A DNA stretch of 64,000 bases from Strigamia acuminata. Lineage: Eukaryota. The translations under genes and the position numbers were made by a program. Within the stretch, counting starts at the first letter, position 1. Each line of letters starts with the position of its first letter. Positions 12,801 through 26,413 of the stretch are shown in pieces. The stretch spans positions 16,306,001 through 16,370,000 of the forward strand of contig OX442314.1 in the NCBI GenBank assembly GCA_949358305.1, given 5' to 3'. The notes under the pieces are model-generated. The model saw only the letters and a list, made by a program, of their open reading frames with translations. It made no database searches and was not told the DNA's origin.

Positions 12801-15800
12801 ACAATATAAAAAACTGTTATCTGAAAGCTTATATAGTTTTGGCCATGTACAGAAATTGGGATTACAACAACTGTGTGAATTACTTACTTCACGTCGCAAC
12901 CGATCGAGATATAAAGGGCAAAATGAGAGAAAAATTAATTCTTTTATACGAACGAATGTCTACTTACGGCCAAGTACGTTTTACTTTTTATTAGTGTTTT
13001 ATCGATGTAGAACGAAAATGTTTGAATTTGATTTAAAACAGATCATAAAAGTGTTGTCTTCAGTTGATTTTTGTTGGCAAGATGTTGAAGATAAAAGCTT
13101 GAATAATCCTGAAGAAATACTTAACACGTTAACGGTACATCAGCATTATTCACTCGCCATCGAATGGGCTCGACTTCATCCACTTACGGAAGAGCTGAAA
13201 AAGGTTGGGTCGAATAATAATTTTAATTTTTTCATTATGTTTTAATAATGTGATTTGTTTTTATTTTAGAGAGTTCAACATCTTAATTTGATTCTGTATT
13301 TGGATAAAGATGAACCAGATCTTGTTCAAGCAATAATAGTTAATATTCGTACAAGGTTTGCAGAACCGAGAGTAAACTATCTATTTGTAATTTAGGTTTT
13401 AGAGAAGATGACTGATCGCTCTTCAGCGGTTGATATGTGCGAAGAAGCTTTAAGTTCATTAGAAAATCTTAAAAGTCAAGTTTTTGTTATTGAATATTTG
13501 GTAAACGATTTAGCCGACTACTTGACTGAAGCAAAAAAGGAGGAATTGCATTTGAGGCATATGGGAATCAAGGTTAATCATATTGTTTGGCTTAATGTAT
13601 ACGTATTATTTATTTCTTATGATATGTTTATACAGATTATGTATTGCTTACCACAATCAGACTCCAAATATTTTGCTGAGATATTATCTAGTCCTGCTCT
13701 TGTCGTGGAGCAATTGATAATGAACACAAAAGTACATCAATTAATATTTTTACTTAATTTTTAATTTAATTTTTATTTAATTTTAGATCGAACTGTTAGG
13801 AAAATCATTGGAAGTAATTAAAACCGATATTTTAGCATTGAATCCTAATCTTCCTGCCAGTGCGGAGTCTATGAAATGTTTGTTAAAAACTTACGCTAAG
13901 AAATCCATAGAAGTCCAAATTATCCGGCCTAAGCTATCCCGTGAATATTCTTTTGCTAGTTTACGTTCAATTGAATTAATCGTGCAAAATACTCTTTGCA
14001 GCTGCATCAACATTCGAGCAATTAACAAAATCACGCGATAGAAACAGCGAGTCTTTCAATATTCCACTCTTTCCACCGAAGAAAGAGGATTGGGTACCCG
14101 ATGAACAACACACCCACTGCCAAGTGTGTCGAGAAGAAGCTTTTAATATGGTACATGAAATCAACGCAGTTATTGAATGTATTTTAAGAAATAATAATTA
14201 TTTAGTTCAACCGCCGTCACCACTGTCGGAGATGTGGGCGGGTAGTTTGTGCAAATTGTTCGCGCCATCGTAATCTCGTTCAAGGTTACGAAGATGTCAA
14301 AGTACGAGTTTGTGATAGTTGCAAAGATTTTGACATTGTATCAAGGTATAATTAACTATGTGCAATGACAATGGGTTTTTATAAAAATTCTTTTACGTAG
14401 CCATTCTCCTCCTTCGGGTTTTGGTTTGTCGGGAGACAGGAAACCGAAATACGGCAGTATTAGAGAACATGATGGCTCGTCCGCTTCGTTAGAAAGTTTT
14501 AGGTCGGATGAACCTTATCAGTGGTTACTCAAGTTAAATGAGGATCATAATGCGACTGTGAGAGATGAGTTTAATTTTGAACAGGTACGTATTTTGAGTG
14601 TTTTCAGAAAATCCATGATGGAAACTTGTTTTTTTTTTTTTATTTGCAGACTCCCAACGTGTCTCTTTGCATTTCACTTTTGGATTGTTTTTTGAGAGAA
14701 GAAGAAGCTGCTGCTACAGTTTTAGACTTGTGCGAAGTATTGTTTGTTGTTTTACAGCCTAGTAAAGATTCTGATTTGCCAAATTTAGAAGTGAATCATA
14801 ATGTGATTGTTAGGTAAGAAAAATAATTATTATTATTTTTGTAATATTTGTTTCTAATGCTTTTTGTTATTAGTGTTATTGAAAGTTTAATAATGAGCGC
14901 CAAGGTGAAGTTTGCGAATTTATCTAATCATGCTGGAATGGGAAAATGCGATTTGTGTTTGCATAATTTAAATTTAGTAAAATTACTTATTACGTCGAAT
15001 TGTTACCATTTGGTGCCTAGTCATGGGATAATTGGTCACGAAGATATCCTGTAATTTAACATTTTTCGTTTTTTGTATTAGGTACAAAGATTAATTGTTT
15101 ATTTATTTAAATGTAGGAAATTGAGAAACCAGTTGGTTTTTGAAGAAAGGTGGAGTTTAGCTTTAGAAGTCACAACGAAGAATGGATTGGATGCTTTTCG
15201 TGTGTGGGCTAGATGGGGATTAGCTTTACTCGAAGCGTGTGACTTCACTAATGCTAGGGAAAAGTTTGCGCTTTGTTTAGAGGTCTGTATTTTTTTTTAA
15301 ATTTGATTTATTTTTTTAAAAATGTTAATGGTGTTTCTATTTCAGAAAAAGTCTGATAAACGACACCCTTCTGCCACCTGTAACGATGTGTTAACTGACG
15401 TTATCAAGCAACTCGAATTGAATTTGTATAAAAAGGATGATGAGGTGAGTAAAAAATGATTTGTACAATTGCTTGTGGTGTTAAATATTTGTATTTTTAG
15501 ATGATAACGATAAAAAATTGCTTGACTTCCCTGAAAGCAATTCGTAAGCATGGAGGACAGGTATAGTTGAAATTTTCGTTACCGGTATTTTTGTTTGTTT
15601 TGTTTTGTATTAATTTTTTACATATTTAGGCCTTTTTGACACCAAAACGAATCGGTGCAAACATGAATGACAAAATTTTGGACGAATGTCTCTTCTATTT
15701 GCACACATACGGATCAAATTCTTCGCTCATCTCGTTTTTAATTAGGCATCAAAAAATTGATTTGGCTTTAAAATTTATTCGAGAAAAAGAATATGATTCA

Positions 15801-17246
15801 GAGCTGTTTAAGTCGTTATTTATGCCGTGCCTTCATCTCAAGTTGCTGTCTCAATTGGAAAAAGAATTGCTTAAAATTGATTCTACACTTTCTTGTTGGA
15901 GACACTGTATAGTATTCGTGTGCAAATATTTAGATCGGCTGAAATATTATAATACTTTACATCAATTACAAACCTTTTGTAAGGTATGGAAATATTTGAA
16001 TTTGGCTAGTTAGAAACGACTGCAGAGTATCTTTTTTTTTTTTTTTTCTAAATTCAGGATTACATTCGGGCTGCGACAACTTGTGTGAAATTATTCAGTG
16101 ACAACGCGACTGATTACAACAATTTGTTCGAAAGATTGCATATTTTAGAAACTGCGAGTGGTCATCTGCAAGCTGCTATACAAGAAAAGCAAAATAGACC
16201 ACGACCTTTACCACATCAGCCGAAATGGAAAGGATATCACGCTAATTCTCAGTCAACTTCTGGATTTAGTATACAGCAAGACTTCCCAATAGCGAACATT
16301 CAAAAGTAAAATAATATATAGTTACCGTAGTTTAAGTTTAATACATGTTTTACTATTTTTGTTACAGACTTTATGATAATATACAATTTCAAATGGAGGT
16401 TACAAAATTTTTTAAAGAAAATAAAGTGGATACATCAAAATTAATTAGAGAAATCAGAGAAACTTTGGCAGATAGCCACAAAGAGAGTGGGGTACCAGTT
16501 GTATTCGCAAATACTTTGGCTAAAACAGAATTGAGTGCAATGGTACTGAAGAAAATTCTTTTACAATAATTTTAACCTGGAATTAATTTTTTTTTTTTTT
16601 TTTTAGTTATTTTTAGCTAATGATCGTATTGAAATTGGTTTTGAAATGGCTTGTAATTGCATTGAGGTACCGGACGGCGCTGAGTGTGTGAATTTATTTT
16701 GATACATTGTTTTGTGACTTTCAGAGATGTCATCTTGAAAATCCATCGGCTTTTACCTTGATTGGAAAAGTACTAATTCAGAAGCATCGATACGAAGATG
16801 CCAGACAATTAATAACATTTATGGGAAATAAAAATATTAGTTCAGAAAAAATTGATGAAATGATATGGTCATGCTTAGGGATTTTAGTACAGGATTCATA
16901 CGAAGTAAGTCGACGAATTGTAGTCATTTACAGTAAATTTAACTGCATTTAAACATTAGCACACCGAGGCGGACAAATTCATCATGCGTCTAACAAGTGC
17001 TCAACACAAGGTATGCATTAGTTGTTATTTATCATTGGCGTCAATGAAAAATAAATATTTTATTTTTTTTATTTTGTTTAGATTAATGCTTTCAAATTGT
17101 GCGGACGATTGCGACATGGTTACTTAGAGGCGATTAAAACAGCTGATGCAAAGGCTGTAAGTGGAATAGCAAAAGCTGCCGAATTATCGGGGAATCAGCA
17201 GGTGCTTAATTTATGCACTAGATGGCTGGAACAACATAAAAATTAA
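6855..17246 (+). CDS. ZFYVE26: Zinc finger FYVE domain-containing protein 26 (spastizin, SPG15 orthologue), >30 exons
   Basis: FYVE domain WVPDEQHTHCQVC...FNRRHHCRRCGRVVCANCS...VRVCDSC (about 14090-14325), followed by HNATVRDEFNFEQTPNVSLCISLL, ECLFYLHTYG and DYIRAATTC typical of spastizin; N-terminal LGQWELA; stop at 17244-17246. Confidence 0.92.
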
Positions 17247-17577
17247 GTGATTTAACAAAATTCGATAAAAAGTCTGTGATAAACGCTATATTTTTTCGAT
17301 ATAATTCGATGTTATTCTTACATATTTATAAGAAAGATTTGTTGATTTTTAAGTTTCGTCTAGTTTTCTAAACTTTTTACTGTGAATTTTTAATATTGAT
17401 GAAGTTTTACGGAAAATCTAGCAGAATGATTATTAAAATTGTTTTTAAATAAATTTATATTCTTCTTTTGCGACGAGTAAATCTTATCAATCGAGGACTT
17501 TATATTTATCTGTTGTACGATAATAAGTTTTAGATTTAAAGGCAAGTCATAAGTGCCAATGATAAACACTAGAAGAA

Positions 17578-19966
17578 ATGTCGTACAGCCTAGTAAGAGC
17601 TTTAATACTACCACTACAATTATTGCTAGTGGGAGGAGAAAATATTTGGAACCCCAGCCACAATTATGACTTCATAGTAGGCAAGTGAAATAGTTAAAGC
17701 AGAATTTCAATTTAAAATTAAATATCCATTTTTTTAAAAATTGTAGTTGGCGCAGGGGCAGCTGGTGCTGCAATAACTGCTCGCTTGTCGGAGAAAGAAA
17801 AATTCCAAGTTCTACTGCTCGAAGCCGGCGGAGAGCCGCCATTTTTTGTACAAATTCCATATTTAGCTATGGGGCCTTTCGGAGGCGAACACGACTGGTC
17901 ATATGTTTCTGAAAAACAAGAGTTTTCTTGTTTTGCATTCAAAGATAATGTGAAAATATAATATGCAGTTTTTTTTAAAAATTTTATTATATTATTTTGT
18001 TATTTAACAAATTTAATAGAAATGGGTTATTCCACGAGGCAAAGGACTCGGGGGATCGACTCTTATTAATGGCTTGGTTTTCACTAGAGGGAATAAAAAT
18101 GATTACGATCATTGGCACAGTCTTGGTAATGATGGTTGGAGCTTCAATGACTTATTGCCGTATTTTAAGAAACTAGAAGATTATCAGGTACCATTGAAAC
18201 CGGAAGATGGTGAGAAAAGAACTTGGAATTTTAAAAGAAATCAAAAAATAATTAAATTCGTTTGTCGTTTCAGAAATTTATCACAATAAAGGTGGTCCAC
18301 TGCCAGCTTCTGTTGCAGAATATAAAACACCTTTGCAACAAGTAATTTTTGAAGCGTTTAAAGAATCAGGGTATTCTCTCCAAGATTATAATGGACAAAG
18401 CCAAACAGGTATGTCAGAATCCACTCATTTGTAGACATCAATGCGATTCATTTGTTAAGGTTATTTCAATAACATTGCAATCGTGAGAAACGGTTCGAGG
18501 TGCAGTGCATACACCGCTTATTTGGAACCAAATCGAAAGCGAACCAATTTAGACATAGTTACGAATGCTTTAGTCACGAAAGTATTTATTCCTTAAATTT
18601 AGGTAATACTTGAGATTGCTTAGTTGGGTTTATTGAATAGGTGAAATTTGATGACAAAAACAAAGCCGTGGGTGTGTTTTTTGAGAAAAACGACGATACA
18701 TATTTTGTGCCTGCCCGAAAAGAAGTAATTTTATCAGCTGGCAGCAATAATTCTCCGCATCTTTTAATGTTATCGGGAATCGGGCCAAAGGAAATGTTGG
18801 AAAAATTTAAAGTAAATGCAGATACAGTGCTTTATACTTTTAACATTTCTAATAAAGCAGTATTTCGTAGATTAAAGTTGTGTCAGACAGTCCTGGAGTT
18901 GGTGAAAATCTTCAGGATCACGCTACTGTTGCTGGAATGGTTTTTGTTTTTGACGAGCCGAATGGTTTTGACTTTATATCCGATGTGCACCAGAACTCAT
19001 TTGAATTATGGCACTCGAAAAAGCAAGGTACCGTAATTGTAACTGCAGATTGAAAAGTATAAGCGAATTAAATTTAAAAAAAGCATTTTAGGCGTGTTGA
19101 CTGTTCCAATCCGCAGTGAAGCAATTAGTTTTTTGAAAACCAAATATGCACCTGCAGATAAAGATTGGCCAGATTTTGAACTTCAGTTTTCTCAACCACC
19201 AGTGGTGCCGCCAAATCTGAAAAACGTTTGATATGTTTTCAATCGTCGCCACAAACAGATTTAGAATATGTTTCTTTTATTCGTTAGGAGTACATAAAAA
19301 CATTTATCACGCACCACAGTAGTAGAACGATGGTCCTACTTCCAATTCTCATGAGACCTAAGAGCGTGGGTTATGCTCGATTACAAAGTGGTGATCCTCA
19401 TGTGCCACTCGCATTTCAACCAAATTATTTGAAAAACGAAGATGACGTCAACGTATTACTGGAAGGTTGGTTTGACAATATCAAATTTTTTTTTTTTTTT
19501 TTTATAATGTTCAATAATTTCTAAGTGGTGAAGATTGCTATTAATGTAACGAAGACTGAACCGTTTGTTAAATTGGGCACAAAATGGCACGGATACGTAA
19601 TTCCCGGATGTAAAATGTACGAGGAATTGTCAGACGAGTATTTAAAGTGCTACATTCGGCATTACACGTACGGGTTATTTCATCAATCCGGCACGTGCAA
19701 AATGGGACCAAAAACTGATCGTTTAGCTGTGGTTGATTCAAAACTTAGGTTTGTGTTGACATTTCATAGGAGTAAATGTTATTTGAAAAATCTTATTATG
19801 ATTATTTTCTTGTAGGGTTTATGGGGTTAAAGGGCTTCGCGTAGCCGATGCATCAATTTGTCCAACTGTTATAACTGGCCATACGATGGTGCCTTCAATT
19901 ATGATAGGTGAAAAGACAGCTGATATGATATTGGAAGAGTGGGACAATCATCATGATGAATTTTAG
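17578..19966 (+). CDS. GMC oxidoreductase, copy 1 (glucose dehydrogenase-like flavoprotein), signal peptide, C-terminus HHDEF
   Basis: [15 protein letters not shown]-binding start, [56 protein letters not shown]; first intron has a GC donor (17681). Confidence 0.93.
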
Positions 19967-20742
19967 TAAAAATTGATTATCTACAGTAAAATTATGAATA
20001 TAATTTGTATTATACTGTACTAATGGGCGGATACAGAGGAGAGAATGTGGAGGATGGGCTTTTCTTAAACCGCAGAAAATTATTTAAAAATTTAAATAAA
20101 ATTGTCTTTGAATTGAAAAAAACGTTCTTAATATTCAAAAATGGTTCTGTTGTTGCTGTTAATTAGTAATTAATAGCAATGACAGATTAATATGTAAATA
20201 TATACATTTTTAATACGTTAATAGATGATTACACAACTTATTATAAATTTGGATAGAATAAATTTAAATATGAATTTAAGAAAAAAAATTTATTTCAAGG
20301 TCGAAATCAAATAGCTTCAATAAAACACAAACAAAACTTAACCTTGTGCAGAAAGATAAAATAAAAACGGCTGGTCGTTATGTTTAAAAAAATATATTAA
20401 TAAGAAAAAAGTTTCGCAGGAGAAGCCGACCTCAATTCACAGATGAGGTGGGTCTTACGATTCAGCCACATATAATTTTTGTTTGCTTTGAACAGTGATT
20501 GGAAAATTATTTCTCACAATATATCATTTTCTTTTGAAATAAATATCTCGAAAACGAAAAACAAAAAAAAAATCGACGATAAGATTTAGTTTTATCAATT
20601 TTATTAAACTTTAACTACCAGTCCTCTACCAGGCACCAACCTGTATTAAAGGTAATATCCTCAGGCTAATATTTTGATAAATTGTCCTTTAAAAATTCGT
20701 GGCTTTGCAGGCACATTCTCACTTTTGTTTACTCATTTCACG

Positions 20743-23426
20743 ATGCAGTTGTACTTTTGCATATTCTCATTGCTACTGGTCTTAAGCGAATTCGAGTTAT
20801 CATTTGCTATTAATACATTCGGTAAAGATAAGAATTACGATTTCATCGTTGGTAAGCATAATATCAATACTATTAAGCAGAATATTGATTACAGACAAAA
20901 ATTAATTAATTTTTCAGTCGGTGCCGGTGCTTCAGGAGGAGCTTTGGCCTCGCGCTTATCCGAAGATAAAAACTACAATGTTTTACTATTGGAAGCAGGA
21001 GGGGAACCGCAATTTTTAAATAATATTCCTTATTTTGCACCTGGTCCTTTTGGAGGGGAATTGGACTGGAATTACCAAACTGAACCACAAAAACACGCGT
21101 GTTTGGCATTGGTAAATGAAAGCTGTCCTTGGGCACGAGGCAAGGGCCTGGGAGGATCAACATTGATCAATGCTTTAGTTTATAATCGAGCTGATCCGAG
21201 TGATTATGACAATTGGGCGCGATTAGGAAATGATGGATGGAGTTACGACGATGTTTTACCGTATTTCAAAAAATTGGAAGATTTTAAAGGCTTTGTGGAT
21301 AAATTCAATGGTTTGTTTTACTTTTTATCATAAGGGGTTTCAAAAATGATACGCTGAAGACGCTGAAGTGATTATGATGATTATTCTGCTGAAGCGATTG
21401 TCATGTGTGGGCCAATCGCATGAACAATCGCTTCAGCACTTCAGCGCTTGTATAATCGTCTGAAAAGGAGTTGTTAGTGCTGAAAAAGAAAGTTTGTTGT
21501 AAATTATTAAATAAATAAAAATAAATAATCAATTTAATTTAACAAAAACAAATAAATAATAACAAAATTAAAATTAATTTAATTTAAATTAAAAAAAAGT
21601 ATAAATAAAAGTCATGCAACATGCAAAATAATTACTTGGACCTGATGTGGGTTCTCAATAATGCAGTGATTGTGATTATTGGAACAATCACTTCAGCGTT
21701 TTCAGCATGTCATTTATGACACCCCTTATTGTAGTGTTTCCTTGTAACAATTGCAGAACAATATCACGGTTTTGGTGGACCAATGCCTGCGGCGAGGCCA
21801 CCTTTTGAGACCGAGTTAGCTCGAGACATAATTGAAGCAGGGAAAGAATTGGGTTATTCAGAAGTCGATTACAACGGTCAAGCAATTAGAGGTTGGAGAA
21901 ATTTTTTTTCTTTACTCTATTTTTTTGTTTTTTGTTTTTTGTTTTTTGTTTTTAGGTTTTTCCAATTATATGTTTATTTTAAAAAATGGAACTAGGCATT
22001 CAGTATACGAGGGGTACATAAAAGAAGCAAGAAGCAGAACAAATTTAGAAATATTAACTGGTGCATTAGTGGAAAAAGTAAATAAGAGCGCAACATTATT
22101 TTATTTTAATTTAATTTTTAATTTTTTAATTTAATCTTTAAAACAGATTGAATTTAATGATAAAACAGCAGTTAGTGTTATTTTTCAACGCGATGGAAAA
22201 ATGTGGCGTGTAAAAGCTAAAAGAGAAATTATTTTGTCTGCCGGTGCTCTCGGTACGCCGCAAATTCTTATGAGGTCCGGAATAGGTCCTAGAGACACGC
22301 TCGCGAAATACGAGGTACCATTAAGAGGCACATGATGTCATTAAATAAGATTTTTATCAAATTCTACTCTTTTGGTATAGATTCCAGAGGTTCAACATTT
22401 ACCCGGTGTTGGTCAGAATCTTCAAGATCATGCAGGTGTTATCGGTTTTACAATGACATTAAATGAAGATGTTGGATTTAAATTGATGAAAGACGTCAAT
22501 GCTGCTAACTTTGAACAATGGGAACGTAAACGAGAAGGACCTTTAACCGTACCAATTGGTGGAGAAGCAATTGCGTTTGTCGACACTGAGTATTCGGACA
22601 AAACAAAAAATCCACCTGATTTAGAGCTGGTGTTTAATCAAAACCCGTTACTGGCTAACATCAAAAAGGTTTTGAAATATTTTATCTTGAAAATCAATGA
22701 ATGAAAACTAATTTAAATGTTTTACAGGAATATAATTTTAAAATAACTCCCGCTGATGGTCAGAATCATTTGTACGTGACATTAATTTTATTACGACCTA
22801 AAAGTGTAGGCTACATGACGATTCAAGGCAAAACTGTGCACGATACGCCATTATTTCAGCCCAATTATTTATCTGATAAAGATGATGTTAAGAGATTGGT
22901 TTCCGGTAAACATGCATGACAAAATAATTTGGATAAAATAATTTAATAGAAAATTGTTTCAGGAGTTAAAATGTTTTTAAATTTGACTAAGACAAAAACA
23001 TTCCAAAAGTATGAGGCATTTTGGGACCACAATACGCCGGTGAAAGGTTGTGAACAGTTTGAATTTTTTTCTGATGACTACTTTGCTTGCTACATCGGAT
23101 ATTACTCGATTGGATTTTTCCACCAATGCTGTACTACTAAAATGGGCTCTAAGGATGATGTCATGGCGGTAGTTGATTCTAAACTTAGGTAATTTGATAA
23201 TTTGATGGTTTAAATATAAAACTTTATCAATTTTAATTCATAATTTAATTTAATTTAATTTACTTTAATTTTAAGGATTCATGGAGTTAATAATTTGCGG
23301 GTTGTTGACATGTCTATACCGCCAAGTATTCCATCTGGCCATACGATGATTCCTTCCATAATGATAGGAGAAAAAGCTGCCGATTTGATTAAGAAATATT
23401 GGGAGCAACATCACGACGAATTATAG
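20743..23426 (+). CDS. GMC oxidoreductase, copy 2, signal peptide, C-terminus HHDEL
   Basis: Same motif series ([61 protein letters not shown]); hydrophobic N-terminus [22 protein letters not shown]. Confidence 0.93.
21333..21726. mobile_element. Non-autonomous TIR element (MITE), about 394 bp, in an intron of GMC copy 2
   Basis: Left end AGGGGTTTCAAAAATGATACGCTGAAGACGCTGAAGTGATT matches the reverse complement of the right end (AGGGGTGTCATAAATGACATGCTGAAAACGCTGAAGTGATT) over about 40 bp; TA on both flanks; AT-rich non-coding interior; the homologous intron is about 60 bp in the paralogues. Confidence 0.85.
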
Positions 23427-23729
23427 TGAAAATTCTTCTAGCGCTCGTCTAGAATACATATCTTGATAACGCACATTTGTTTTAAATACGTTTAATGAAT
23501 TTTTGAAGCCTGTTTTTTAGATTAAATGATTAAATCTTCGCTAAATGTTTAAGACATTTTTTCTGATAAATCTAGTCATTGGCTATCGTCCAAAACAAGT
23601 AAACCTTGCTCTGTAATCTTTGAAACTATTCGAAAAAAGAAACCAAGCTAAGCAAATGAAAATATCGTAAATCATAAATTATAAAATCATAAACCACTTG
23701 CAGTTAAGAGTCTTTAAGGTCTTTAAAAT

Positions 23730-25969
23730 ATGCTCATATTTTATCTCAACCTTTTCTTTCTGCTGCTTAACGATATACAGGCATCAATCTCTATCCAGAA
23801 ATGGAATAAAGACAAGACATATGATTTTATTGTTGGTAAGTTTAAATAAATAAATTAATAAATAAAACAAAAAACAAAAACCTCTTTTTCACAGTTGGTG
23901 CTGGCACATCTGGAGGAACTTTAGCCTCGCGTTTATCGGAGAACAGAAATGACAACGTTTTGTTACTGGAAGCAGGAGGCGAACCACAGTTTTTGAATAC
24001 AATTCCTTACTTTGCCAATGGTCCTTATGGTGGTGATTTAGACTGGAATTACCAGACTGACTCACAAAAAAGCGCTTGCTTGGCATTGATAAATGAAAAG
24101 TGGGCTGGTCATCGAGGCAAAGGATTAGGAGGGTCAACACTTATCAATGGTTTAGTCTATAGTCGGGGCGATCCGAACGATTACGATAATTGGAAACAGT
24201 TGGGAAATGAGGGATGGAGTTTCGAAGACGTTTTACCTTATTTTAAGAAATTGGAAGATTATAAAGGATTTGTTAATAACGACACGGGCAAGAAATTAAG
24301 ATTTTTTTAAAAAATTATTTAATTATTAGTGTTTTCAATGTTTCAGAAGAATATCATGGTTTTGGTGGTCCCATGTATACAGCGAAGCCGCCTTTTCAAA
24401 CCGAACTGGCTCGGGTTATAATTGAAGGGGGACAAGAGTTAGGCTATTCTGAAGTTGATTACAATGCCAAGACAACTAAAGGTAGAAAGAAAAAAGAAAA
24501 TAACCGTTTGTTTCAATGCAACGTTTATTTAGGTTTTGCAAATCCTGTGTTTACTCTAAGAAATGGAACTAGATGGTCAGTATATGAAGGATATATAAAA
24601 AAAGCGAGAAATAGAGCAAATTTAGAGATATTAACCGGCGCATTAGTGGAAAAGGTAGTTTTTGAAAATAACTTTCCAAAATATTTTCTAAAATTTGTTC
24701 TTAAGGTTGAATTTGATGGTAACACTGCTGTTGGTGTTATATTTTTACGAGATGGACAGAAGTGGAGTGCAAAAGCAGAAAAAGAAATTATATTGTCAGC
24801 TGGAGCTTTGAATTCACCTAAAATTCTTATGTTGTCCGGTATAGGTCCGAAAGAAACACTCATCAAATACGATGTAATAAAATTTCCACAAAATTAATTG
24901 TAGGCCTACCTATTTGATAAATTTTATAATTTTTTTGTAAAGATTCCAATAATCAAACATTTACCTGGTGTCGGTCAGAATTTGCAAGATCACGTTGTCG
25001 CCATAAACGCTAAAATGACACTGAAAGGAGATGTTGGATTTAAATTTTACAAAGACGTTGATGCAGCTAACTTTGAAAAGTGGGAACAAAAACGAGAAGG
25101 ACCACTAACAGTTCCATTTGGAAATGAAGGTATCGCTTTTATCGACAGTGAATATTCAGACAAAGCTAAAAATTGGCCCGATTTGGAATTCTTGTTCTTC
25201 CAAGTACCATTCAAATATAACAGAAAAGAGGTTTGGCTTAGGAAATGCAAAACGAAAACAAAAAAAATTGCAAAAATTAAAATAAAATTTTTTTCAGGGA
25301 TATGAATTAGAAATAGTTGCGCCAAATGGGAAAAATTTCCTGTTTATACTCTTAATTCTATCGAGACCTAAAAGTGTCGGTTACATGTCAATTCAAGATA
25401 AAAACGTGCATACTGCACCAACATTTCAGCCAAATTACTTAAGCGAACAAGACGATGTTGCCAAATTAGTTTCTGGTAAAGACAAGCAATAAACACCTGA
25501 ATACATCAAAATTGATAAAATCAAACGTTTCAGCAATTAAAATATTCCGTAATTTGACCGAAACTAAAGCATTCCAAAAATACGATGCATTTTGGGACCA
25601 CGATACACCCACGAAGAGTTGTGAACAATTTACATTTTTATCTGATGAATATTTACAGTGCGATATTAGATACAACTCTATAGGCTTATTTCATCAATGT
25701 TGTACAGCTAAAATGGGTCCAAATACAGATGATATGGCGGTAGTTGATTCTAAGCTTCGGTAACAAATATTTATTTCAATACGCTTGATAAATTCAAGTC
25801 ATTTATTTGTTATTTCAGAGTCTATGGAGTTAAGAACTTACGCGTAGTTGATATGTCTATACCCCCAAAACTCCCATCGGGACATACTATGATACCGTCT
25901 ATAATGATAGGAGAAAAAGCAGCGGATTTGATTAAGAAATATTGGATGAAAAAATGCAAATGCAAATAA
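23730..25969 (+). CDS. GMC oxidoreductase, copy 3, signal peptide, C-terminus MKKCKCK (no HDEL)
   Basis: Same motif series and intron positions as copies 2 and 4; GC-AG intron 24288-24346. Confidence 0.93.
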
Positions 25970-26413
25970 AACGCCTCACATAAGTAAATATTTTAGGATC
26001 AAGTTGGATGCTTCTCTGCAATACACTAAAGTTGCTTTGGCTATTTTTGTTTATACAATCATTTAAATATTTACACACCGGTATTTATAGTTTACATAAT
26101 TAATTTTTCCATGACCTTCATATAATTTATACATTTGTATAATTTATATATTTATACAAATTTATGTAATGTAAATATCGATATTTATTTGAAATTAAAA
26201 TTAAAATGCAATTGTTTACTTGCATAAGAATGAGAATACGACATCAAAAAATTTGCTTTCTTTTTATTCACACTAAAATATTATTACTATCAGAGGATTG
26301 TTGTGGATTGCAATCTCGCCTGGGGCGGTAGAATATCTGGGGCTCGACCTTGATTGTGGTGTAGAGATTGCGATAGATGTCATAGACTCACTTCTGCTTG
26401 TTGCCAATGCAAG

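Noticed and set aside
20020..20660. Intergenic stretch with transposon-like fragments (GGGCGGATACAG, AAATATCTCGAAAACG)
   Set aside because: Could not pair any TIRs or find a TSD by eye; may be decayed repeats but unsupported.
26173..26186. Palindrome AAATATCGATATTT containing a DRE-like TATCGATA upstream of GMC copy 4
   Set aside because: Single AT-rich 8-mer, not seen upstream of the other copies; likely chance.
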